This document shows, piece by piece, positions 9,401 to 16,925 of a stretch of DNA of 41,267 nucleotides. The DNA is from Gammaproteobacteria bacterium (GTDB lineage Bacteria > Pseudomonadota > Gammaproteobacteria > Ga0077536), in NCBI GenBank assembly GCA_040904625.1, contig JBBDTC010000001.1, positions 32 through 41,298 of the forward strand, in the 5' to 3' direction. Under the pieces are notes generated by a model, which did not search any database, was not told the DNA's origin, and worked only from the letters and a program-made list of their open reading frames with translations. Position 1 is the stretch's first letter. Each line of letters starts with the position of its first letter. The position numbers were made by a program, and so were the translations under genes.

Positions 9401-10439
9401 CGAGTCGCTGCGGGCGGTATCGGTTTCTTGTGAGGCGCCGTCCACCGCCGAGACGGCTACCGCTGCGGCCCCCGATCCCAATGCCACGGTGGAGCAGGTC
9501 CGCGACCCCGACGAGGCGACCGTCGCTGGTCGGGTCGGCGCGAATTTCGTCATTGGCTTGAGCGGCAGCGAAGATGGTCTGATCCAGGCGGAAGGCCTGC
9601 TCCAGGCCGCGCGCGAAGCGTGCGAAACAGCGCGCGAGATGGGCGACGGCTCGATTTACGTCGCCGGCGCCGAGAACGTCGATCGACGGCGACTCGAACA
9701 ACTCGTGGCCTACGTCGAGCAGACGCTCGAGCACAATTGCCTGGTACTCGCCGGTCAGCACGTCAGCAGTCTGGCCGATGGCGCGCTGCGCCCCGCGCTG
9801 CACATCGCGGTAAGTGCGACCGATCGCAACGGCAAGCTCATTCCTCCGCACGTTTTTGCGCCGGCCCTGGCGCGCGCGAGTAATGCTCACGATATCGACC
9901 TGTGGGTGTTTCGGCAGACGCTGAAGTGGTTGCAGGACAATGAGAGTGCGTTGGAGGAGTACGCGCTTGTCATCATCCCGCTGTCGGCGGCATCGGTACG
10001 CAACGATGAATTGCCCAATCTCATCATGACCGAATTCATGGAAACGCCCGTACCGCCTGGCCGCATCTGTTTCGGCCTGGCCGATCATGATGTCGTCGAT
10101 AACGTCATCGGCGTCGGTGACCTGATCGGCACGCTCAAGGAGTTTGGCTGCCGCTTCGTGCTCGATGAGTTCGGCAGCGGGCATGCCAATTACGACTACA
10201 TCAAGACCATAGCGATCGATTACGTCACCATCCGCAGCGGATTCGTGGCCGATGCGAGCCGCAGTCCCAAGGATTTCGCGATGGCGAAATCGATCAACGA
10301 ACTGGTTCATTTCATGGGCAAGAAGACCGTTGCCAAGCAGACGCCGGGCGTCGATCTCGGCGACACCATGCGTGAGATAGGGATCGATTTCCTGCACGAT
10401 CAAACCGAGCGCGTACGGCTCGTCGGTGCCGGGGCATGA
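6462..10439 (+). CDS. PilZ + DUF1631-like helical region + degenerate GGDEF + degenerate EAL protein
   Basis: N-terminal EQRRYAR and DFCYGG (PilZ-like). ATRDPLTGF, DIDNLREIND..GDAVGDALL with GGATL in place of GGDEF. C-terminal LDEFGSG..YDYIK EAL fold with no ExL motif. The DUF1631 assignment is from recalled architecture. Confidence 0.8.
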   Translation: MSAGQGQSGGAEQRRYARVPINLDGYIAIGNGAPVPCTVRDFCYGGMFISADAATYASAAPEMPATLYFALMVGGVKQDYQIQLIIARAIATGIGVAFRDADDQALQLLGQLAAPTGMPETDSSRAAATLAEPAAAEAFARVKKPLQALAVEHVSRIAKRFIQKADDALFLAARDADNNVAQNRLLDGQREMRGRHKRILDEVVPKIEHGVAILGNPLESAPKDPSSIGLSDLSLVEKDEFEEFLAISELVSELEPEFSEALFQLGRRISHLANRDVGASNNPIGPSVLCNAVAESLKGLQSDRWVTVIVYRVLREVMSNELGAFYQAANALLIEHGVLPVIEKDKPQLKRPPSEDKDFDAPVADDLADTAAQFSPPQEENLAESMPGPESYQGRGAAGAPTAPPPADGQSRFEPPPGPQNAAPSERSAAAGGAPPGPGGHVRAAAPSMPVHRGVQAAPPSLPVHGGVQAAPPTLPARGGVRAAPPTLPGQGGVQAAAPTLPGGAGEQPAADLAASGDWAAVSGGWTGAPIRHAMPTLERAYSTAQAQLSLRRQLAPAAPVAAGEATPAAYSMTQIVSGLAALQREFADGRGERLGVEALEERITRALMGEGEPRLGLDRQATDALEVVAGLFGALLEDALVAKSAKDHLTRLQPVVHRAALIDEGFFERADHPVRLVVDRIARLRDGKSEGQQQRHARVGELVSEANREFREDVGLFDDVLDELDQILDEQESEYQTRVHDVVHACEEQQRVLEARRGQSLETTDGNAERSDLPEEWNKWLERSRKLEVGARMLMNATSANPVAATLVWKEARGNLFVFADDQGSKASTLTQQQVAMYLRRGILRPLDDQAGSALERAMFGVVDRFHRQVEDQATRDPLTGFLQRRFFVEEIDAVLSDVEPESTRHVAVCLIDIDNLREINDDHGDAVGDALLAAFAAELSQLIRDKGVVFGRLGGATLGVYWPAGGIQGSYKRLQAAVESLRAVSVSCEAPSTAETATAAAPDPNATVEQVRDPDEATVAGRVGANFVIGLSGSEDGLIQAEGLLQAAREACETAREMGDGSIYVAGAENVDRRRLEQLVAYVEQTLEHNCLVLAGQHVSSLADGALRPALHIAVSATDRNGKLIPPHVFAPALARASNAHDIDLWVFRQTLKWLQDNESALEEYALVIIPLSAASVRNDELPNLIMTEFMETPVPPGRICFGLADHDVVDNVIGVGDLIGTLKEFGCRFVLDEFGSGHANYDYIKTIAIDYVTIRSGFVADASRSPKDFAMAKSINELVHFMGKKTVAKQTPGVDLGDTMREIGIDFLHDQTERVRLVGAGA
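7785..7979 (+). repeat. Five tandem 39-bp (13-aa) coding repeats
   Basis: VRAAAPSMPVHRG / VQAAPPSLPVHGG / VQAAPPTLPARGG / VRAAPPTLPGQGG / VQAAAPTLPGGAG. Confidence 0.9.
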
Positions 10440-11734
10440 GCCTGAGAGACACCAAGCCGGACAAGATCGGTAAATACGAAGTCATCGACGTTCTCGGCAA
10501 AGGCTCGATGGGGGTGGTCTACAAGGGGCATGATGCCTACGTCGATCGTTTCGTCGCGATCAAGGTCGCGACGAACGCCGATGCGGATGAAGAATCCGGC
10601 AGTATGGCCAAACGCATGTTCGTCAACGAGGCGCGTTCTGCCGGGCGTCTCGACCATCCCAATATCCTCAAGGTCTACGAGGCCGGCGAGGAACAGGGAC
10701 TCCCTTACATGGTGATGGAGTTCATTGCCGGCGGTGACACGCTGCGAAGCTACTGCATGCCGGAGACGCTGCTCCCGGTCAAACGCGTCTGTGAACTCAT
10801 CCGGCAGGCCGCGGATGCCCTCGACTATGCCCATTCCATGGGCGTGCTGCACCGGGATATCAAGCCGGCCAACATCATGCTGACCGAGAACGGGATGGCC
10901 AAGCTCGGTGATTTCGGCATCGCCCGCCGTATGGGTGTCGACCAGACGCAGATCGTCGGCTGGTTCGGCTCGCCGCTGTATATGTCGCCGGAGCAGGCCC
11001 AGGACATGGAGCTCACGCCACCGTCGGATCTCTTCTCGCTAGGCTCGGTGTTCTACGAAATGCTGGCGGGCACGCCGCCTTTTGCCGCCAAGGGCCTGTC
11101 CAGTCTGATCCAGAAAGTGGTGAACGACGAACCGACGCCGTTGACCGAGCTTCGCGCTGAGGTGAGCGAGCCGGTATGGCGTGTCGTACGGAAAATGCTG
11201 GCAAAGGATCTCGCGGCCCGCTACAAGACCGGCCACGACATCGTCACCGATCTCGACAAGCTCATCGAGCAGATCGAGCGCTCACCGCTCATGCTGAGCG
11301 ACGAGCAGAAAATGGCCCGGATGAAGGAATTGGCCTTCTTCAAATCGTTTTCCAACAACGAACTCAAGGAAGTCTCGCGCGTGACGGACTGGCGCGAGTA
11401 TGCCGCCGGCGAGACGATCTTCGCCGAAGGGTCGCGCGAGCGGGCCTTCTATGTCGTCGTCGATGGGGCTGTGGCGGTCAGCATCAATGGCACGCGCATT
11501 CGGGATCTGGAGTCCGGGGAGTGCTTTGGAGAGATGGAATATCTGTCTGACGTCGGGCGCACGGCGAGCGTGCAGGCCAATCGTGACGTCACCATCGTGC
11601 GGATCGAAGGAGATTTCAAGCAATGGGCCTCGCTGCCGACGCAGGTACGCCTCAATCGCGTCTTCCAGGAGATACTGGTCGAGCGCCTGCAGGCTACCAG
11701 CAAGGAATTGGCGCGCGTCCTTGGCAGCAGGTAG
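10436..11734 (+). CDS. Hanks-type Ser/Thr protein kinase with C-terminal cyclic-nucleotide-binding domain
   Basis: GKGSMG, VAIK, HRDIKPAN, DFG, YMSPEQ; C-terminal FYVVVDGAV..GECFGEM..RTASV. ATGA overlap with the upstream gene. Confidence 0.93.
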   Translation: MSLRDTKPDKIGKYEVIDVLGKGSMGVVYKGHDAYVDRFVAIKVATNADADEESGSMAKRMFVNEARSAGRLDHPNILKVYEAGEEQGLPYMVMEFIAGGDTLRSYCMPETLLPVKRVCELIRQAADALDYAHSMGVLHRDIKPANIMLTENGMAKLGDFGIARRMGVDQTQIVGWFGSPLYMSPEQAQDMELTPPSDLFSLGSVFYEMLAGTPPFAAKGLSSLIQKVVNDEPTPLTELRAEVSEPVWRVVRKMLAKDLAARYKTGHDIVTDLDKLIEQIERSPLMLSDEQKMARMKELAFFKSFSNNELKEVSRVTDWREYAAGETIFAEGSRERAFYVVVDGAVAVSINGTRIRDLESGECFGEMEYLSDVGRTASVQANRDVTIVRIEGDFKQWASLPTQVRLNRVFQEILVERLQATSKELARVLGSR

Positions 11735-11758
11735 CACGGACCTGCGGCAGGCCTCTCA

Positions 11759-12130
11759 TCAAGTGGAGAAGCGCAACCAGGCGTAAGCCGCCCAGATCAC
11801 GGCGAGCAGGACAAGGGCCAGGAATACCGCGGCGGAACCGAGGTCCTTGGCCCGTCCTGAGAGTTCGTGATGCTCCGGGCCGATGCGATCGGCGAGTGCC
11901 TCGATGGCCGAGTTGAACAATTCACTGATGAGCACGAACAGCAGTGAGGCGATCAGAATGGCGTAATCGAGCGGACTGCGTCCGACCCAGAACACGCAGG
12001 GAAACAACACGCCCACCAGCAGGACTTCCTGACGGAATGCCGCCTCATGGTGCCAGCCGGCGCGCAGTCCCTGCATGGAATAGCCGAAAGCCTTGATGAT
12101 GCGGTCGAGGCCGCGCGCCTTGTTCGCCAT
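11759..12130 (-). CDS. dgkA: Diacylglycerol kinase (DgkA family)
   Basis: AFGYSMQGL..HEAAFRQE..ELFNSAIE..HELSGRAKDLGSAAV; three hydrophobic helices. Confidence 0.95.
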   Translation of the reverse strand: MANKARGLDRIIKAFGYSMQGLRAGWHHEAAFRQEVLLVGVLFPCVFWVGRSPLDYAILIASLLFVLISELFNSAIEALADRIGPEHHELSGRAKDLGSAAVFLALVLLAVIWAAYAWLRFST

Positions 12131-12162
12131 GCGATCGGGGTGCTGCTGCGGCTGCGGGTGAT

Positions 12163-13191
12163 TCAGAGCCTGGCGATGACCGCGTCGGCGAACGCGCGGG
12201 TGCCGAGCGTCCCCCCGAGATCGCCTGTGCGCGTGGCCGGCTCGGCCAGGGTGGCGATGATTGCCGCGCGCATGCGGCCGCCGGCCTCGATCTGGCCACA
12301 GTGTTCGAGCATCATCGCTGCTGACAGCATGAGGGCGGTCGGATTGGCTTTGTCCTGTCCTGCGATGTCCGGGGCCGAGCCATGCACGGCTTCGAAGATG
12401 GCGGCATCGCGGCCGATGTTCGCGCTCGGCGCCAGACCCAGGCCGCCGATGAGGCCGGCAACTTCGTCGGAGAGAATGTCGCCGAACATGTTGGTGGTGA
12501 GGATGATGTCGAACTGTGCGGGGTTGAGCACGAGCTGCATGGCACAGTTGTCGACGATGCGGTCCTCGAGCACGACTTGGTCCGCATAAGCCAGGGCGAC
12601 GTCCTGGACGGTTTCCAGAAACAGACCGGTGAGCGACTTGAGGATGTTGGCCTTGTGCACCACGGTGACTTTGCGGCGCCCGTGTTTGACGGCGTAATCA
12701 AAGGCGAACAGAGCGATGTTGCGGCAGGTCTCGCGGGTGAGAATGCCGGTCGCTTCGGCCACGGCATGGGGGTCGTCGCCGATGGCGATGAAATGTTCGA
12801 CACCGACGTAGAAACCGCCGATGTTCTCCCGGATCAGGACCAGGTCGACGTCGGGAAACTTACCGTCGGGCAGCAGCGATCGGCCGGGCCGGACATTGGC
12901 GTAGAGCTTGAAGGCTTCACGCAAACGCACGTTGACCGAGCGATAGCCCGAACCGACCGGGGTCGCCAGGGGCCCCTTGAGGGCGAGGCGGGTCTGACGG
13001 ATGTCGTCGAGTACGGCAGCGGGCAGCGGGTCATCGCCCTGGTCGGCGGCGGTTGCGCCGGCGGTGAACTCATGCCACTCGAACGGTACCTCGAGAGCGT
13101 CGATTACGGCCAGCGTGGCGGCAGTGATCTCCTGCCCGATACCGTCGCCGGGGAGAAGTGTGCAGGGGATGGGGGTAGAGGGCGTGCTCAT
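12163..13191 (-). CDS. Isocitrate/isopropylmalate dehydrogenase family, probably NAD-dependent isocitrate dehydrogenase
   Basis: LPGDGIG, KGPLATP, SVNVRLR, VHKANIL, NMFGDILSD, FEAVHGSAPDIAG. Start placed at ATG 13191. Confidence 0.85.
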   Translation of the reverse strand: MSTPSTPIPCTLLPGDGIGQEITAATLAVIDALEVPFEWHEFTAGATAADQGDDPLPAAVLDDIRQTRLALKGPLATPVGSGYRSVNVRLREAFKLYANVRPGRSLLPDGKFPDVDLVLIRENIGGFYVGVEHFIAIGDDPHAVAEATGILTRETCRNIALFAFDYAVKHGRRKVTVVHKANILKSLTGLFLETVQDVALAYADQVVLEDRIVDNCAMQLVLNPAQFDIILTTNMFGDILSDEVAGLIGGLGLAPSANIGRDAAIFEAVHGSAPDIAGQDKANPTALMLSAAMMLEHCGQIEAGGRMRAAIIATLAEPATRTGDLGGTLGTRAFADAVIARL

Positions 13192-13396
13192 CGTCGGTCT
13201 GGGCCTTTTTATGGATTTGTCGGCGGCGCGCAGGCGCTGCGGGGCCGCCGGCATGGACGGCCGCATGACGAACCCGCGGGGAGTCTCGCGAGACGCCGCG
13301 AAAGTGGCGCAGTATAGCCGTACTCAGGGCGGGTCGGCAGATCCGATACGGCTGTCCGGGACGACGAGGTTTGCGAGGGTTGATACGACCCGCTAT

Positions 13397-13428
13397 CTGT
13401 ATATACTGACAGCTGTTCATTTATACAG
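13397..13428. promoter_or_regulatory. Two abutting LexA (SOS) boxes overlapping the lexA promoter
   Basis: CTGT-atatactg-ACAG (13397-13412) immediately followed by CTGT-tcatttat-ACAG (13413-13428); TATACT -10 inside box 1 and TTGATA at 13380-13385. Confidence 0.92.
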
Positions 13429-13431
13429 ATC

Positions 13432-14055
13432 ATGCTCATGGTTACCGGTCTGACCAAACGACAAGCTGAAATCCTTGCCTTGATCCGCGCCACCATCCGG
13501 CGCACCGGTATGCCTCCGACGCGCAGCGAAATCGCACAGGCCTTCGGTTTCCGTTCCGCCAACGCGGCCGAGGAACACCTGCGGGCGCTGGCCCGCAAAG
13601 GGGCCATCGAACTCCTGCCCGGTGCCTCACGCGGCATCCGTTTAGCCGACGACGAGGCTTTGCACACGCCGGGCTTGCCCGTCATCGGGCGGGTCGCGGC
13701 CGGTCAACCGCTGCTCGCTGTCGAACACATCGAAGAGTATCAACGCGTCGATCCGGGTGTGTTCCGGCCACGGGCCGATTATCTGCTGCGTGTGGCCGGC
13801 ATGAGCATGCGGGGTGCCGGGATCCTGGATGGCGATCTACTGGCCGTGCATGCGACGCGGGTGGCCAGCAATGGTCAGATCGTCGTCGCCCGGCTCGATG
13901 ACGAGGTGACCGTCAAGCGGTTCCGGCAGCGCGGCAACCGGGTACAGCTGTTGCCGGAGAATCCGGCTTTCGATCCTCTGGAAATCCTGCCCGGCAGCCA
14001 TGAACTCGTCATTGAGGGACTTGGCGTCGGCGTCCTGCGCACGCACGCGGCATGA
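13432..14055 (+). CDS. lexA: SOS repressor LexA
   Basis: [32 protein letters not shown] cleavage site, GMSM serine, VTVKR lysine. Confidence 0.97.
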   Translation: MLMVTGLTKRQAEILALIRATIRRTGMPPTRSEIAQAFGFRSANAAEEHLRALARKGAIELLPGASRGIRLADDEALHTPGLPVIGRVAAGQPLLAVEHIEEYQRVDPGVFRPRADYLLRVAGMSMRGAGILDGDLLAVHATRVASNGQIVVARLDDEVTVKRFRQRGNRVQLLPENPAFDPLEILPGSHELVIEGLGVGVLRTHAA

Positions 14056-14744
14056 GTCTCGACGAGTTGATGCGGCATGCCCGGATCTGGCGCGGTGGAG
14101 AGCTGCCGCCGGGCACCACGCAGGCGACCGGTTTCGCCGCTCTCGACGCGATCCTGCCCGGGCAGGGCTGGCCACAGACCGGCCTGACGGAAATCCACGC
14201 GGCGGCAACCGGTATCGGGGCCTTGCAGTTGGTGCTGCCGGCCCTGGCGGCGCTGAGCCGGCAGGGCCACTGGATCGTTTGGATCAATCCGCCCTACCAG
14301 CCCCACGCACCGGCACTCAGCGCGCAAGGCCTCGATCTGGCTCGCCTGCTGGTCGTCGATCTGCCGGCGCAGCCGGGGGCGGCCCGGGATGAGATGCTGT
14401 GGGTCTATGAGCAGGCTTTGCGCTTCACCGCCTGCGGCGCTGCCTTGGCCTGGTTCGGCCACGTCCCGTCACTGCATCTGCGTCGTCTGCAGCTCGCCGC
14501 GGAGGCGGGGAGAACCTGGGGCGTAGCCTTTCGCCCTGTCGATACGCTCGAACAGGCTTCGCCGGCGCTGCTGCGGCTTACCCTGGAGGCTGTGGCCAAC
14601 GAGATCGAGACTGGCCGCCCCGCACCGATCGAAATCACGCTGCTCAAGGCGCGAGGGGGGCGCGCTGGCCGACGTTGTCGCTTGAAGCTCGATGCAGCGC
14701 CGCAACCGGGCGACGACAGGCTGCCAGCAGCCTGTCGGACTTAG
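14052..14744 (+). CDS. imuA: Translesion synthesis accessory protein ImuA
   Basis: [34 protein letters not shown]; lies between lexA and imuB. Confidence 0.9.
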   Translation: MSLDELMRHARIWRGGELPPGTTQATGFAALDAILPGQGWPQTGLTEIHAAATGIGALQLVLPALAALSRQGHWIVWINPPYQPHAPALSAQGLDLARLLVVDLPAQPGAARDEMLWVYEQALRFTACGAALAWFGHVPSLHLRRLQLAAEAGRTWGVAFRPVDTLEQASPALLRLTLEAVANEIETGRPAPIEITLLKARGGRAGRRCRLKLDAAPQPGDDRLPAACRT

Positions 14745-14888
14745 GGCATCGTGACGAGGCGAGTGGGAGAGCGAGGTCAGATTGGCGCGCATTGGAGGCG
14801 AATAGTGGGGCTATTTAACGAGAATGCGCGCCGATATGGACCGCTATCCCACCGCCGCAGTAGATGCGGCCTGAGTCCGACAGGCTGC
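14727..14888. mobile_element. MITE family B (162 bp)
   Basis: TIRs GCAGCCTGTCGGACTTAGG / CCTGAGTCCGACAGGCTGC, flanked by a CA direct repeat; internal palindromic arms (GGCGCGCATT / AATGCGCGCC). Confidence 0.85.
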
Positions 14889-14904
14889 CAGGGAGTATGA
14901 ATTC

Positions 14905-16485
14905 ATGGCGACGTTGATCAGGCCACCATCTTCGCGGGGACGCCCCGCCGCGCCGCTGCGCGATGTCAGCAGCCCGCAGGCAGCGGTAGCAGCACGCTGC
15001 GGGCCGCGCCAGGATGGCGGTCGACTCTGGCTGCACCTGCACCTGCCGCAGCTGCCTCTGGAGGTGCTCACCCGTGGGGTCGATACCGCGCGGGCCTGTG
15101 TCCTGGTCGATGGCGGGAATCCCCGCGGCCGGATTCTGCTCACCAATCCGCGCGCCGCGGCGTGCGGTATTCGCGCCGGTATGCCGCTGGCCGCTGCGCA
15201 TGCCCTGGGCGAGCTGATCGTCATCGAGCGCGATATGCACGCCGAACAGCAGGCGCTGCAACAGCTTTGCCTGTGGGCGGTACAGTTCACCGCCATAGTC
15301 AGCGCCGTCCCGCCGGACGGCCTGGTGCTCGAGATCAAGGGCAGTCTTCGCCTGTTCGGCGGCTTGCAGGGTTTATTGCTACGCCTGCGTCAGGGCATGC
15401 GTGAGCTCGGCTATCGGGCTGATTATGCCGTGGCCCCGACGCCGCTGGCGGCAGCGGCTTTGGCCCGTAGCGAGCCGCGCACGGTCTTGCAGGAGCTGCA
15501 CCAGCTCGTGCCTGGACTCGCCCGCTTGCCGCTGGCCGCCTTACGCCTCGAACCGGCCATGTCCCAGGCGCTCGAACAGCTCGGTGTCCGCCAGATCGGC
15601 GATTGCCGGCGCTTGCCGCGGGCGGGCCTGGCCAGGCGTCTGTCGCCCACGCTGGTGCAAATGCTCGATCGTCTTTTCGGGCAGGTCGTGGATTTGCGCC
15701 CGGCCTTCGAACTGCCGCGCCGCTTCGATGGCGAAATCGATCTGCCTTGGGAAGTGACCAGTACCCGGGGCCTGATGCGTGCCGTGGAGCCTCTTTTACA
15801 CGAACTGCACGGCTATCTCGTTGCCAACGCGGCCACGACCCGCCAGTTGCGTTGGCGTTTGATCGATCGTCAGGGGGGCCGTGAGGATTTCCAGGTCAAT
15901 TTCTCTCGCGCCGGGAGTGATCGCCGGCAGATGCTCCTGTTGATGCGGGAAACGCTCGCCCGCAAGCGCCTGGCGATGCCGGTTCGTGCCATCAGCCTGC
16001 GGGTCGATGATCTGATTTTCGGTGTCGCATCCCCGCCCCGGGATTTATTCGCCCAACGAGCATCAGAGCATGACGAGGCCTATGCCGGTTTCATCGATCG
16101 CCTGCGTGCGCGCTGTGGTGAACAGGCATTGCGCAGTCTGCGTGTGCAGGGTGGCCATCGTCCCGAATACGCTTCCGGTTGGCAGCGTCCGGTACTGACC
16201 GATGGGCGTCGAGGTCGTGTGCCGACGCCCGCCACTTGCCTCACCCGTCACCCACTGTGGCTCCTCGAGCGGCCCCTCAGACTCGACGTTCGCGGTGATC
16301 GCCCCGTCTTCGACGGGCCGCTGCGCCTGGATCCGGAGCGTGAGCGCATTCAGAGCGGCTGGTGGGATGAATCGGGCATCAAACGCGATTACTTCGTTGC
16401 CACCACCGGTCGCGGAGGACGCCTGTGGATCTATCGTGAATTGGAGGGTGGGCGACGCTGGTATTTACACGGCGTCTTCGATTGA
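14905..16485 (+). CDS. imuB: Y-family polymerase-like ImuB
   Basis: LWLHLHLPQLPLE, GIRAGMPLAAA, LEIKGSLRLFGG, PERERIQSGWWD..RDYF..WYLHGVFD. The true start may be further downstream. Confidence 0.9.
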   Translation: MATLIRPPSSRGRPAAPLRDVSSPQAAVAARCGPRQDGGRLWLHLHLPQLPLEVLTRGVDTARACVLVDGGNPRGRILLTNPRAAACGIRAGMPLAAAHALGELIVIERDMHAEQQALQQLCLWAVQFTAIVSAVPPDGLVLEIKGSLRLFGGLQGLLLRLRQGMRELGYRADYAVAPTPLAAAALARSEPRTVLQELHQLVPGLARLPLAALRLEPAMSQALEQLGVRQIGDCRRLPRAGLARRLSPTLVQMLDRLFGQVVDLRPAFELPRRFDGEIDLPWEVTSTRGLMRAVEPLLHELHGYLVANAATTRQLRWRLIDRQGGREDFQVNFSRAGSDRRQMLLLMRETLARKRLAMPVRAISLRVDDLIFGVASPPRDLFAQRASEHDEAYAGFIDRLRARCGEQALRSLRVQGGHRPEYASGWQRPVLTDGRRGRVPTPATCLTRHPLWLLERPLRLDVRGDRPVFDGPLRLDPERERIQSGWWDESGIKRDYFVATTGRGGRLWIYRELEGGRRWYLHGVFD

Positions 16486-16503
16486 AAAGCACGGATTTGC
16501 GCT

Positions 16504-16518
16504 TTCTGGGACGGACCC
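16504..16518. repeat. Isolated family A terminal inverted repeat
   Basis: TTCTGGGACGGACCC is the exact reverse complement of 4202-4216 and is followed by TAA. Confidence 0.8.
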
Positions 16519-16521
16519 TAA

Positions 16522-16699
16522 GGGTCCGTCGCGTTGTCGTTCGTGCGGTAACACCTTCGCCGGCTACGTCAGAGGCCTTCATTTTCGTCAGCGTTGATGG
16601 CCGTCGTCGTGCCTTGGATCATGACGGCGGCTGCTCAAAACCCGCCTCGGGATGAAAAACTTATTGCATATCTCGTCGCGGACGACCAAAATCCGCCCC
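16522..16699. mobile_element. Degenerate MITE-like palindromic element (178 bp)
   Basis: Starts GGGTCCGTC like family A; TAA on both flanks (16519-16521, 16700-16702); nested arms TTTTCGTC/GATGAAAA and GCCGTCGT/ATGACGGC. Confidence 0.5.
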
Positions 16700-16925
16700 T
16701 AACTCGCACACCTCGGCTCGATCGCGCGGTCAAACCAACAATCACGACCCGCCCAACGCGCATCCCGAGGAAACTCTGTCGGAACCGGACAGTGCACGGC
16801 CCACATAACTGAATTTGACTCATAAATGTTACGAACCGGTTATAATCGCGCCCGCTGTATCAGGGGGGGCAAACCGCGCCTGCCGCGGTTGTTGATTCAG
16901 TCAAGACAAGGTTACTCAATTGACG

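Noticed and set aside
7884-10403. 839-aa minus-strand ORF (likewise 33574-35283 and 38420-40132)
   Set aside because: Antisense shadows of well-supported genes.
16815-16846. TTGACT...TATAAT as a canonical sigma70 promoter for the lipid operon
   Set aside because: The spacer is 20 bp with no MerR-type dyad. The -10 may be real but the pair is not canonical.
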